In this document: positions 39,567 to 49,243 of the stretch, one piece after another | Position numbering within the stretch: the first letter of the stretch is position 1 | Layout of the letters: each line of letters starts with the position of its first letter | NCBI GenBank assembly: GCA_964419045.1 | Contig: CAYQNO010000009.1 | Span: forward strand, 267,225-331,224 | Origin: an uncultured Flavobacteriales bacterium | Lineage (GTDB): Bacteria > Pseudomonadota > Alphaproteobacteria > UBA8366 > CAVOAK01 | Reading direction: 5' to 3' | Length of the DNA stretch: 64,000 nt | Position numbers and translations under genes: made by a program | Notes under the pieces: model-generated | The model's input: the letters and a program-made list of their open reading frames with translations, nothing else | Databases searched by the model: none | What the model was told of the DNA's origin: nothing

Positions 39567-40287
39567 TTACCTTTCCTCCATGATCTAACTTGGACGTAGC
39601 GCGGTAACTCCTTACGTGCTTGAGAAGGTTATGCATTGGCCCGCGACGAACCCCTATTTCTTCAAGTTTTGTTACAGTGTTCACAAGATAGTCCATACAT
39701 CTACCAAGCCTGCCGGCAGCAGTGGCGATGTGTTGTATGACTATCTCAGCCGGTAAATTGCCAGCATAGCGTTTGTGATCGCGATTAAGTGTGAAGGCTA
39801 TTGCCCGTAAAGGGCCACGGTCGGTTTTAAGATTAAACCAATTAGGCTGATAAACATCCCCCATCATTTCTCGTGCCCATACTATTCGGAGCTCCTGCTT
39901 CACAACTTCAGGCGCTATTCGAAAGGCAATGCCGCGGCAAGATCCTCCAGTGATAAGGCCCAGCATTAAACCCGGATTTTCTGGTGTTCCACGGCCAAGC
40001 GGAGTCCAAAAACAAAATCTTCTGTGGTACCCGCGTAAAAGAGCACTGCAACTGTCGATATAGTGGAAGGCTGGGTTCCACATGAGTGATCCATAACCGA
40101 ACACCCACACATCAGGCCCGTTTGCGACTTCAAGTATGTGTTCAATAGAGGCATCCCGTTCCTTTTTGGTGGAGAGCTTCATATTCATTTGTTGGGCGTT
40201 ATCACGCACATATTTATCTAATAAGCCACGTTTGATCGTTTTCCTACTCAACTCGAACACTGCGGTCTTGTTATCGGTTTCGGTCAT
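39556..40287 (-). CDS. ChaC-family gamma-glutamylcyclotransferase
   Basis: 243 aa from the ATG at 40287. Shows the ChaC N-terminal motif [13 protein letters not shown] and [12 protein letters not shown]. Its 3' end overlaps the msrB start by 11 nt. Confidence 0.85.
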   Translation of the reverse strand: MTETDNKTAVFELSRKTIKRGLLDKYVRDNAQQMNMKLSTKKERDASIEHILEVANGPDVWVFGYGSLMWNPAFHYIDSCSALLRGYHRRFCFWTPLGRGTPENPGLMLGLITGGSCRGIAFRIAPEVVKQELRIVWAREMMGDVYQPNWFNLKTDRGPLRAIAFTLNRDHKRYAGNLPAEIVIQHIATAAGRLGRCMDYLVNTVTKLEEIGVRRGPMHNLLKHVRSYRATSKLDHGGKVNGS

Positions 40288-40341
40288 ATTATATTTAAAA
40301 ACTCTGGGATGCCGGGAAACTGGGAGCAACTATATGCCCCA

Positions 40342-41592
40342 TTAGGTTTTTTTGTAAGAAGGAGCCCGGGCATCACTTCCGTAATTACTGTGCGGAAGAT
40401 TTAGATAGCCATCACGAGCTTGAGGTAGTTTGCGGTTCAGAAGACGAGCGGCAATAGTAGTTCGTAAGATTTGAGCTGTCCCGCCGCCAATTGTAAACAT
40501 CCTCGCATCCCTTACCATCCGTTCAATTGGATTCCGTCGGGAATAGCCAGCTGCTCCGAGCAATTGTAGTGCATCGTTTGTAACTTTTATTGCCATTTCG
40601 GAAGAAAACACTTTTGCCTGTGCTGCCTCTAAAGCATCAGGAAACCCATTAGCCATCGCAGCTTTATGGATTAGTGCTCGGGCGCTAGCAAGGTTGATAG
40701 ACATGTCGGCCAGTATCCACTGAAGGCCCTGAAATTCGTAAATTGGTCGGCCAAATTGCTCTCTTATTTTCGTATGGGTGAGAGCTTGTTCGAATGCACC
40801 TTGGGCAAGGCCAAGGGCCACGGTGGCAGCACCTATTCGTTGTCCATTATAAGCTTTCATCAGGCCTGCAAACCCTCTCTGCAATCCTTCTGGTGGCACA
40901 ATTGCCATATCTCCAGCCACCTCTAAATTTGTAAAGTGGACTTCTGTCTCTGGGAGGCCCCGCAGACCCATAGTTGGTTCGCGGCTTCCAATTTTGAAAC
41001 CTTTAATTTCATCCGGAGATTCTTTAATGACTATGAATCCACCAATACCTTGCTCTATAGCACCATCAAATACACGCGCAAAAATCAAATGTAACTTCGA
41101 GATGCCACCGCCTGTGATCCAGTGTTTTGAACCATTTATTACATAGCCCGATCCCTTTCGGTCGGCGCGCGTCGTCATCTCAGTCGCAGCACTTCCAGCA
41201 TCGGGCTCTGTAATACAGATGGCTGGTTTATCACCGGCTAACACAAGTGCTGCTGCAACCGCTTTTTGTTTGTCGGAGCCGTAAGCCATAATAGCCCCGA
41301 TTGCACCCATATTACCTTCGACTACTATTCGTGCAGTCGAGCCACATACCTTCGCTATTTCCTCAATAACTAAAGTGGCTGCAAGATATCCACAGCCAGA
41401 ACCACCAAAACTTTGTGGAATTGTCATGCCCATGAAACCTGCTTTTGTTAGCGCTTCCACGTTGTCCCAAGGGTAGGCTTCACTGCTGTCGACCTCTGCG
41501 GCTCGTCTCCCGATAACCGTTTCAGCGAGTGTTCTCGCCCGTGTCTGAATCTGCAGCTGCTCGGGTGATAATCGGTATGGGTTATCTTGCAT
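40342..41592 (-). CDS. Acyl-CoA dehydrogenase family protein
   Basis: 416 aa with the three-domain ACAD pattern (ITEPDAGSA..., KHWITGG, the C-terminal helical domain and a catalytic-base region IGGGTAQI). It has a roughly 30-aa C-terminal tail. Confidence 0.92.
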   Translation of the reverse strand: MQDNPYRLSPEQLQIQTRARTLAETVIGRRAAEVDSSEAYPWDNVEALTKAGFMGMTIPQSFGGSGCGYLAATLVIEEIAKVCGSTARIVVEGNMGAIGAIMAYGSDKQKAVAAALVLAGDKPAICITEPDAGSAATEMTTRADRKGSGYVINGSKHWITGGGISKLHLIFARVFDGAIEQGIGGFIVIKESPDEIKGFKIGSREPTMGLRGLPETEVHFTNLEVAGDMAIVPPEGLQRGFAGLMKAYNGQRIGAATVALGLAQGAFEQALTHTKIREQFGRPIYEFQGLQWILADMSINLASARALIHKAAMANGFPDALEAAQAKVFSSEMAIKVTNDALQLLGAAGYSRRNPIERMVRDARMFTIGGGTAQILRTTIAARLLNRKLPQARDGYLNLPHSNYGSDARAPSYKKT

Positions 41593-41751
41593 CTAAAATG
41601 TCACCAGAAAAATTGCAACTTATTGGTTCATAGTCTACCTAAGTGCCCTGTGCCACGGCAATGCATGAACAATGTTTATGAGATATTTCCCTAACAATTC
41701 GCGACCGTAAATGGTCTTGTAATTCATATTAACCTTGTTGGTAGTTAATTA

Positions 41752-42624
41752 GTGATGAATTCCGCTGCAAATAAATCATCGTCACTCCGCGGTATCACCT
41801 GCATGATAAGTGGGTTTGCCCTCCTTACACTGAATGACGCGATACTCAAATGGCTAACGGTTGATTACCCGACCGGACAGATAGTATTTATGCGCAGTGT
41901 TTTCGTAATGGTCTTGGTGGCGTTGATTGCCTGGCGCTCCAATGGCTTCGTAGCACTGCGTGTTGTCAATTTTCCAGAGCAGCTTGCTCGAGCAGTACTG
42001 ATGGCTTTGGCGACGTTCTTGTTTGTCACAGCACTGCGTTTAATGCCATTAGCTGACGCCATAGCGATCGCATTTGCCGCCCCCCTTTTTGTCACAGCTT
42101 TTGCAGGACCACTGTTACGTGAACGTGTGGGATGGCGACGCTGGACGGCAGTGTTGGTTGGGTTTTGTGGAATTCTGGTAATGTTTAGGCCAATTGGAGA
42201 TACGGTAACTCCAATTTATCTATTTCCTCTTGCAGTTGCTGTGGCAAGTGCTTTCAAGGATATCCTTACCAGGCGCATTGCAGCGACAGAGTCGTCGGTT
42301 GCTATTCTCTTCGTGACGACAATGGTATTGGCTACAGCGGGGCTAGCAACTGTCGTTTTTGGGTGGTCTGCGATCACACCGTATGATTTTGGACTATTTG
42401 CGATTTGTGGGTTTTTATTGGGGGGTGCGCAATATCTGACTATCGAAGCCTTTCGTTACGGAGAAGCAGCCGTGGTAGCCCCCTTCGAGTATACGGCGGT
42501 GCTTTGGGCCATGTTATACGGATTTATTATCTGGGGCGATATACCGGATCGATGGATAATTGCCGGTTCAGTTTTGGTTGTTGGCAGTGGTCTATATATT
42601 CTCTATCGTGAATCCACCAATTGA
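41752..42624 (+). CDS. EamA/DMT-superfamily transporter
   Basis: 290 aa with 10 TM helices in two EamA-like halves. It starts at GTG 41752 or ATG 41755. Confidence 0.85.
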   Translation: MMNSAANKSSSLRGITCMISGFALLTLNDAILKWLTVDYPTGQIVFMRSVFVMVLVALIAWRSNGFVALRVVNFPEQLARAVLMALATFLFVTALRLMPLADAIAIAFAAPLFVTAFAGPLLRERVGWRRWTAVLVGFCGILVMFRPIGDTVTPIYLFPLAVAVASAFKDILTRRIAATESSVAILFVTTMVLATAGLATVVFGWSAITPYDFGLFAICGFLLGGAQYLTIEAFRYGEAAVVAPFEYTAVLWAMLYGFIIWGDIPDRWIIAGSVLVVGSGLYILYRESTN

Positions 42625-42733
42625 TCTGGACGGGAACATCAATACAGTCAATAAGTTAGTTAAGATTACATTGCGTCACTAACACTGCATGCCGGCAATA
42701 AGTGCAGTCTAAATTTTGCCCCTGTGTGAATTG

Positions 42734-43729
42734 TCACCCGGATTTGCCTACTAGTGTATCTCGTCCATGGGGAATAGTGAAATCTAATTCTGGACCACGC
42801 GGGACAATTAAAGTGGGGTTTATAGTTTCGTGACTACCGTAATAATGCTTTTTTATGTGACCTAGATTGACGGTCTCCGCAACCCCGCTGAATTGATAAA
42901 GTTCGCGCGTGTATGCCCACAAATTAGGGTATTCGATAATTCTACGAATGTTGCACTTAAAATGACCCTGATAAACTGAGTCAAAACGAACTAATGTAGG
43001 GAATAGTCGCCAGTCTGCCTCGGTAATACGGTCGCCTGTTATATAGCGTCTTCTAGCTAACAAATCTTCAAGCCAGTCAAGTGTCTCAAACAGTTCCGTG
43101 ACGGCTTCATCGTATGCTTCCTGTGTAGTCGCGAAGCCGGCTTTATAGACGCCATTATTGACCGTGCTGTAGATCCGCGCGTTAACATCATCAATTTTGT
43201 TAGTAAGGTCAGGTGGATAATAATTAGGTCCAATCGCCCCAACTTCATTGAATGCATCATTTAACATGCGGATAATTTCAGAGGATTCATTGTTGACGAT
43301 GGTTGAGTTCTCTTTGTCCCAGAGCACCGGTACTGACACGCGTCCTGAGAAATTCGACTCAGCCGCTATGTAGACTTCGTACAAGTATTTTGACCTTAGT
43401 ATATAGTCCTTTATAACGCCGTCGGCATGTTGAAATGACCAACCATGATCTCCCATATAGTGGTGGGTTACCGATATTGAAATCTTATTTTCAAGACCTT
43501 TGATTTTTCGCATGATTAAGGCTCGGTGGGCCCATGGGCAAGCTAACGACACATACAGATGGTAGCGGCCAGCCTCCGCCATAAAACCGCCGTCACCTGT
43601 GGGGCCTGGGGAACCATCTGGGGTGATCCAATTTCGGAAATATGATTCTTCTCGAACGAACTGCCCACCTTTTTGGCGGCGTTCCTTTCTATCCATGATG
43701 TGCCAAATACCTTCTATTAGCATGCCCAT
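42734..43729 (-). CDS. Xi-class glutathione transferase (glutathionyl-hydroquinone reductase, YqjG/ECM4-like)
   Basis: 331 aa with the diagnostic CPWAHR active-site motif (YVSLACPWAHRALI) and the typical length for this class. Confidence 0.88.
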   Translation of the reverse strand: MGMLIEGIWHIMDRKERRQKGGQFVREESYFRNWITPDGSPGPTGDGGFMAEAGRYHLYVSLACPWAHRALIMRKIKGLENKISISVTHHYMGDHGWSFQHADGVIKDYILRSKYLYEVYIAAESNFSGRVSVPVLWDKENSTIVNNESSEIIRMLNDAFNEVGAIGPNYYPPDLTNKIDDVNARIYSTVNNGVYKAGFATTQEAYDEAVTELFETLDWLEDLLARRRYITGDRITEADWRLFPTLVRFDSVYQGHFKCNIRRIIEYPNLWAYTRELYQFSGVAETVNLGHIKKHYYGSHETINPTLIVPRGPELDFTIPHGRDTLVGKSG

Positions 43730-44169
43730 GTGTTCAGTCTCTGGTTAGGGGTGCCCCGATCAAATTAACTAGGCGGCTAACGCTAATAATTCTATTTCGC
43801 TCAAGCTGAGAATATGGAAATTTTAATACTATCAAATGTTGTGTTGTTAGTAGTTTTAAGTCGCCAAGTAGATGAGAAAATATTGAGTTCTAGGTATCAG
43901 TTCAATTCAGTAGTGGCAACGATTAGCTCGGCAGGACTATCATCGGTTGCTATACACAACCTATTTTTCAATTTGACCGATGAAATTAATGGAATGTCGT
44001 GCTCCAATGGTGTTCGCGTAACCATGTATTCAGCGATGGCAACCAATTGATATACGAGTATAAGACTACGGATTTATTGATGTACATGTTGGCATTGATA
44101 GATAGTAGAATTAACGTTTTGTAATTGTTGTCGTATAATTCAGTAGCATTAATCAGATAGGAATTTAAT

Positions 44170-44784
44170 GTGCGGCGAGAAATGTTGGTTGTGCGTATGA
44201 AGGATGCGGAGAAGGAGCGGTGTGGCTCACCGGCATGCGCCTGGCGTGGTGACAATGATCTGAACCCGGATATGAAGCAACATTCCTCCTTGATTTTAGC
44301 TGCCGTTTTGATACCTCTGATTGAACGGTGCGGAGAATTTACTGTGATGTTTACAAGACGTTCTGCACATCTAACGTATCATCCGGGACAAATTTGCTTT
44401 CCCGGAGGCCGTATAAATTCTGATGATGACAGTCCACAGACCGCTGCTTTGAGGGAAACTCATGAGGAAGTTGGGCTGTCTTCGAAGAGCGTAGAGATAA
44501 TTGGTGAGCTCGATATCTACGTGACTCGCACAGGATTTCAGGTTACGCCCGTTGTAGGGATTGTGCGCCCACCAGTCACGTTCCATCCAGATCCCGTGGA
44601 AGTGGCCGAGGTTTTTGAAGTGCCGCTCGCGTACGTCACTGATCCAGAAAATTATGAACAACGATCACAACTTCAAGCTGGCCAACGTCGGTATTTTTAT
44701 GTTCTCACATATAAAGATCGAATAATCTGGGGGGCAACTGCAGGAATGCTGGTCAACCTTGCGCATGTACTCCAAGAAAAATGA
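44170..44784 (+). CDS. NUDIX hydrolase, CoA pyrophosphatase-like
   Basis: 204 aa with the NUDIX box GGRINSDDDSPQTAALRETHEEVGL preceded by FPGG and the upstream AAVLIPL block typical of the NudL/CoAse subgroup. The start is uncertain: GTG at 44170, or ATG at 44182 or 44197. Confidence 0.85.
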   Translation: MRREMLVVRMKDAEKERCGSPACAWRGDNDLNPDMKQHSSLILAAVLIPLIERCGEFTVMFTRRSAHLTYHPGQICFPGGRINSDDDSPQTAALRETHEEVGLSSKSVEIIGELDIYVTRTGFQVTPVVGIVRPPVTFHPDPVEVAEVFEVPLAYVTDPENYEQRSQLQAGQRRYFYVLTYKDRIIWGATAGMLVNLAHVLQEK

Positions 44785-45065
44785 CTCGTACATTCTTCAC
44801 AATCGTTCTACCGCTGGTTACCCCGGTCATTGTTTATATCACGTGGATGTGGTTCTCGTGGCGAGTACGAAAAGCGAAGGCAAACAATGAAAAGGTTTCG
44901 AGTTGGCAAGATCTTCCGTGGGCACATTTGATCATGTCGGGGATTATGCTCTCTGCGGCAACACTAGTTGTCGTCGCATTACTCGCACCCGAGGGTGCAG
45001 AAAGTACTGGACAAGCACCTCGACTGGAAGGAGGGAAGATAATTCCCTTTTCAAAAGGTGATTAA
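44781..45065 (+). CDS. Hypothetical small membrane protein
   Basis: 94 aa with two TM helices. An ATGA overlap joins it to the NUDIX gene, and its 3' end overlaps the cca GTG start, so it appears embedded in the operon. Confidence 0.5.
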   Translation: MTRTFFTIVLPLVTPVIVYITWMWFSWRVRKAKANNEKVSSWQDLPWAHLIMSGIMLSAATLVVVALLAPEGAESTGQAPRLEGGKIIPFSKGD

Positions 45066-46290
45066 AGATAGAGTTGAATATTTTAAGCCGCAACCGTGGA
45101 TGTTGAAACGGGAAGCAACGACGGTTCTAAAAGCGCTTGGCGACGGAGGGGCCGAAGCACGATTCGTGGGTGGCTGCGTGAGGGACGCTCTACTAGACAG
45201 ATCGATTAGGGATATTGACATTGCTACGGTAGCTCTACCTGAACGAGTCGTCGCTTTACTTGAAGCAGCAGGAATTAAAGTAATTCCAACTGGTATTGCA
45301 CACGGGACTTTAACAGCAGTTACCGATGGAAAACCTGTTGAAATCACAACACTCCGAAGGGATGTAGAGACGTTTGGGCGCCATGCCAGAGTCGAGTTTA
45401 CCGATGATTGGGTTGAGGATGCTTCTCGGCGCGATTTTACCATCAATTCAATATCCCTCGAGCCAGATGGGACCCTCCACGATCCATTTGGAGGGCTGGA
45501 GGATCTTTTCGCATGTCGTGTACGGTTTGTAGGCTCTGCAAAGAAACGCATTAGCGAGGACGTGCTGCGGTTGCTCCGATATTTCCGCTTTTTCGCCCAT
45601 TATGGAACACCACCAGCGGACGAAGAGGCGCTAGTTGCCTGTCGCGAGATGGCGCCAATGTTACAGCAATTGTCTGCCGAAAGGGTGAGTGCAGAATTAT
45701 TTAAAATGCTTGAGGCAAATTCAGCTGGGGAAGTCCTGCGTCTTATGTTTAACGAAGCTATTCTTTTACAAGTTCTTCCCGAAGCAGAGAATTTCAATCG
45801 CTTGAAACGAATTATCGAGCTAGAAACAGAACTACAACTTAATGATCCTTTGAGGCGTCTTGCTGCGCTTGTGACCTTAAACAAAAAAGATATTGTTGCG
45901 TTGTCGAGAAGACTGAACTTCTCAAAGATACAGAGTAGTCGGTTAGCAGCTATGGCCGAAAATGTTTTAAAGTTGATGCCCAGTTTGGAGAAATCTGAAG
46001 TAGACGCTTTAATCTACAGGAAAGGTGTATCAACAATCTATGACGTGGCGCTAATCGGTTGGGCCGGCTCAGATATGAAAGATAATTGGGCACCACTTTT
46101 GGCCTCTTGTGACAACTGGAGGCCGAAAATGTTTCCATTGCGAGGTGAAGACGTCTTGGAGTTGGGCATTCCTGCCGGATCCAAAGTTAGTGCATTACTT
46201 TCGGCCGTAGAGGAGTGGTGGATAGCAGACGGGTTACGTGCTAGTAGAAAGGCCTGCATGTGCAAATTGAAGGTGTTAATAGAGGAGTGA
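45058..46290 (+). CDS. cca: CCA-adding tRNA nucleotidyltransferase (class II, PolyA_pol head domain)
   Basis: 410 aa with GGCVRDALLDRSIRDIDIAT, the RRD motif (RRDFTINS) and the LRYFRF block. It starts at GTG 45058 or ATG 45100. Confidence 0.9.
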   Translation: MIKDRVEYFKPQPWMLKREATTVLKALGDGGAEARFVGGCVRDALLDRSIRDIDIATVALPERVVALLEAAGIKVIPTGIAHGTLTAVTDGKPVEITTLRRDVETFGRHARVEFTDDWVEDASRRDFTINSISLEPDGTLHDPFGGLEDLFACRVRFVGSAKKRISEDVLRLLRYFRFFAHYGTPPADEEALVACREMAPMLQQLSAERVSAELFKMLEANSAGEVLRLMFNEAILLQVLPEAENFNRLKRIIELETELQLNDPLRRLAALVTLNKKDIVALSRRLNFSKIQSSRLAAMAENVLKLMPSLEKSEVDALIYRKGVSTIYDVALIGWAGSDMKDNWAPLLASCDNWRPKMFPLRGEDVLELGIPAGSKVSALLSAVEEWWIADGLRASRKACMCKLKVLIEE

Positions 46291-46423
46291 GTGGATCAAG
46301 TCCCATGATGAAAGTGATTGTGGACTGAATGGAGCCAGCTTGTTTTTTTGTTTACTAGATTTCTAGTTATTAGCAGCAAAACTAGTTTGCTGAGAGTGCA
46401 ATCATTAAATGCGAACGGTTTGG

Positions 46424-46972
46424 TTACTCGGCAAATTTTGCCAGCTTCCCCTTAACAGTTCGAACCTTGTCACCATTGCGGACACGCTCGAAAACCAGAT
46501 CCATGCCCTGAGCAGTTAGAGTGCGCGCATAACTTTGCACTTCATATCCTCCATCAGCACGAATAATCAACATATATACGGTCAAAGTTTGTTTCTCAAT
46601 TTTAGCCCATGCGAAAGGCTGGCCATCCATGGGGTTGGTTGTATTACTAGCTTTGAAAACACTTGAGTGTTCGGTCGGTGCAAAGGAGAGTTGGAGCATC
46701 TTTTTTTTGATTTTTGGTTTTGTGGGATCTCCTCCGGACCGGATTACAGCAGTCCAGGCTACATTGAAGCCAAAAGAGCTAGGACTGATTGTAACGTCGA
46801 AATCGCGTACCATGACGCCGAAGTAAAGACTATCGCTATTTTCGGCTATTCCACTTCCCTTGAAAGTACCAAAAAACGACTCAATCGAAAGATTTTCACC
46901 AGCAGTTATTGGAGAAACTGTCATCAACACAAATATCATAGTTTTTACTGAAATTATCAGCCAACGATGCAT
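46424..46972 (-). CDS. Hypothetical secreted protein
   Basis: 182 aa with an N-terminal signal-like segment (MIFVLMTVSPITAG) and a beta-rich composition. I recognise no motif. Confidence 0.55.
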   Translation of the reverse strand: MHRWLIISVKTMIFVLMTVSPITAGENLSIESFFGTFKGSGIAENSDSLYFGVMVRDFDVTISPSSFGFNVAWTAVIRSGGDPTKPKIKKKMLQLSFAPTEHSSVFKASNTTNPMDGQPFAWAKIEKQTLTVYMLIIRADGGYEVQSYARTLTAQGMDLVFERVRNGDKVRTVKGKLAKFAE

Positions 46973-47124
46973 CTGTCAGTCTCCCTTTATTGCCTTTGAA
47001 CTTGTGAGATAATTGGCCCTGTCAAACTAAGTTAAAGGTTTACTTGGCGGCGAAATTAACCGCAAATTATTGAACATCACAGCAAATAAAACTCATGTCG
47101 ATAAGTGCACATATAAAGGCAAGT

Positions 47125-47988
47125 CTATGGCCAGCGTACCTCAGGTGGTAGCGACATAAGTATGGCTTCAGGATTCCCATTTGTCATCAACCCAAACTTT
47201 GTACCACGATCGTAGATTAGGTTAAATTCAACATACCGTCCACGACGTACGAGTTGGTATTCTCGTTGCTCTTCTGTCCATGGTCTGTTCATACCTCGCC
47301 GTACGATTTTTGGGAACACATCAAGAAATGCCAATCCAACGTCACGGGTAAAAGAAAAATTTTCCTCCCAATTTGGTTGATCGAGATTATCAAAAAAAAT
47401 TCCGCCAACGCCTCGTGTTTCGTTGCGATGTGGTATGAAATAATATTCATCACACCATTTTGAGAACTTCGGATAGTAGTCAGGGTTTTTCAGATCGCAG
47501 GCAGCCTTCATGGTAGAATGGAACTCCTCTGTGTCGCGATCGTTAGGATAAAATGGGGTTAAATCAGCACCACCACCAAACCATTTCTTCTTAGTCACGA
47601 TGTGACGTGTGTTCATATGTGCAGCGGGTAACAGGGGCGAGCGCATATGAGCGACTAGGGAAATACCGCTTGCCCAAAAACAGCCAGTTTCGTCGGCTCC
47701 AGGAATTTGCTTTCGATATTTTTCCGAAAATGTGCCAAATACAGTTGAGACGTTGACACCAACTTTTTCGAAGACGCGGCCACGCATTAAGGCCATTGTC
47801 CCTCCGCCGCCATCCTCTTCGCCTCCGGTATCGCGCTGCCATGGCGTCCTTTCGAATATCCCTGGCGGTTGATCTGTGAGGGTACCAGTGGCTTCTCGTT
47901 CGAGTGTCTCGAATTCGATACAAATTCTATTCTGTAATTCTTCAAACCATGCCTGGGAACGTTTGATTTGTTCATCCATTTGTTTCAT
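47125..47988 (-). CDS. hemF: Oxygen-dependent coproporphyrinogen III oxidase
   Basis: 287 aa with conserved HemF blocks (FEKVGVNVS, WFGGGADLTP, VGGIFFD, RRGRYVEFNLIYDRGT.FGL). Confidence 0.95.
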   Translation of the reverse strand: MKQMDEQIKRSQAWFEELQNRICIEFETLEREATGTLTDQPPGIFERTPWQRDTGGEEDGGGGTMALMRGRVFEKVGVNVSTVFGTFSEKYRKQIPGADETGCFWASGISLVAHMRSPLLPAAHMNTRHIVTKKKWFGGGADLTPFYPNDRDTEEFHSTMKAACDLKNPDYYPKFSKWCDEYYFIPHRNETRGVGGIFFDNLDQPNWEENFSFTRDVGLAFLDVFPKIVRRGMNRPWTEEQREYQLVRRGRYVEFNLIYDRGTKFGLMTNGNPEAILMSLPPEVRWP

Positions 47989-48446
47989 CGCGATCTATCA
48001 TTTGGAAATTGATTTGTCTGACGCAAGGCTTCACAAAGCACAATGGCGGCTGCCACAGTAATGTTCAACGACCGTGCCTCATTTACTATCGGCACTCTAA
48101 CTCGTGCATCCGCTGTTTCATGCACAAATTCGGGTACGCCACTACTTTCACTGCCACAAAGAAGAATGTCATCAGACTCGAAAACGAAATTAAGATGTGT
48201 AGATATAGCTTTCGTAGTAAGTAGCACTAATCGGGCTGAACACTTAGTCTGAAAATGGTCCCATGACTTATGTCGTAAAATTTTAGTCCAATTCATATAG
48301 TCCATGCCAACACGTTTGAGGCGTTGATCGGACCATATGAATCCACATGGTTCGATTATTTCAACTATCACTCCCATACAGGTAGCCAAGCGCAGGATTG
48401 CGCCGACGTTTTGGGGAATATCTGGCTCATATAGAGCGAGTCGCAT
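47985..48446 (-). CDS. trmL: tRNA (cytidine/uridine-2'-O)-methyltransferase TrmL (SpoU/TrmH family)
   Basis: 153 aa with LALYEPDIPQNVGAILR, LCGSESSG.P and the SLN motif of the SPOUT knot. A 4-nt overlap joins it to hemF. Confidence 0.88.
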   Translation of the reverse strand: MRLALYEPDIPQNVGAILRLATCMGVIVEIIEPCGFIWSDQRLKRVGMDYMNWTKILRHKSWDHFQTKCSARLVLLTTKAISTHLNFVFESDDILLCGSESSGVPEFVHETADARVRVPIVNEARSLNITVAAAIVLCEALRQTNQFPNDRSR

Positions 48447-48681
48447 AGCAGAATTTCCTTACACACATAGTTGTAATGTCACTCTTTGCATTCGACGAGA
48501 TTTGCATTATACGGTCAGCGTCTAACTAATTGTTGCGTTCATATGCCACATTGAACAGCATGGTCTCATGTGCTGCTTTGTATATGATTGTATATTGTAG
48601 TTTGTTGTAGCGTGCCGCGGTATTGGATATTCACGGCAATTTTATTTGGGCTTTGTATGGGTGTATGGATAGGGGAAGCTG

Positions 48682-49233
48682 ATGGCGGATGAGGAGTTTA
48701 TGACTGAGACGCAAGGGAGCGGTGAATCCAGGCGCGATTTCCTTTATCTTACAACCACAGCAGTTGGTGCTTTGGGTGCGGCTGTTTGTGTTTGGCCAAT
48801 TATTGACTCGATGAATCCCGCAGCAGATGTTCTGGCTCTTTCATCGACGGAAATTGATCTGAGCCCAATTGAGGAAGGACAAAGTATCACCATAAAATGG
48901 CGTGGAAAACCGGTTTTCGTGAGGCGCCGTACGAAACAGGAAATTACTGAAGCTGAATCGGTAAAGATCGATGACTTGCCCGACCCCGAAGCAGACAATG
49001 CGCGCGTGCAGCGTGCTGAATGGCTAATCCTTGTTGGTGTCTGCACGCATCTCGGATGTATTCCCCTTGGACAGAAAATGACAGACCCTAAAGGTGAATT
49101 TGGCGGCTGGTTCTGTCCATGCCACGGCTCACACTACGATTCGTCGGGAAGAATCCGTAAAGGACCAGCACCAAAGAATCTTCCGGTACCGACTTACCAA
49201 TTTCTTGATAATAACACCGTTCGAATAGGTTAG
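48682..49233 (+). CDS. petA: Ubiquinol-cytochrome c reductase Rieske iron-sulfur subunit
   Basis: 183 aa with a TAT-like/TM N-terminus (SRRDFLY), the Rieske boxes CTHLGCIP and CPCHGSHYD, and the petABC gene order. Confidence 0.95.
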   Translation: MADEEFMTETQGSGESRRDFLYLTTTAVGALGAAVCVWPIIDSMNPAADVLALSSTEIDLSPIEEGQSITIKWRGKPVFVRRRTKQEITEAESVKIDDLPDPEADNARVQRAEWLILVGVCTHLGCIPLGQKMTDPKGEFGGWFCPCHGSHYDSSGRIRKGPAPKNLPVPTYQFLDNNTVRIG

Positions 49234-49243
49234 AAGAGGTCTC

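Noticed and set aside
25046-43729. Direct repeat of the tRNA-Gln 3' end (att-like site) that would delimit a classical genomic island
   Set aside because: I scanned the intergenic spacers by eye for CCCTGCCGCCCCAG-like strings and found none. No integrase is present either. A computed repeat search could still find a short degenerate copy.
43814-44050. 78-aa ORF in the AT-rich gap
   Set aside because: It has no convincing RBS, no motif and an odd composition in an AT-rich spacer. It is not listed as a feature and is mentioned only within the gap finding.
45051-45551. 166-aa minus-strand ORF antisense to the cca 5' region
   Set aside because: It has a Ser/Arg/Pro-rich antisense-type composition, lies fully inside a well-supported CDS, and has no motifs.
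46351-46392. Two small palindromes downstream of cca (ACTAGA-TT-TCTAGT and CAGCAAA-ACTAG-TTTGCTG) as candidate bidirectional terminators
   Set aside because: The stems are short and AT-rich, and neither is followed by a U-tract in either orientation. The nearby T7 run is not preceded by a stem.
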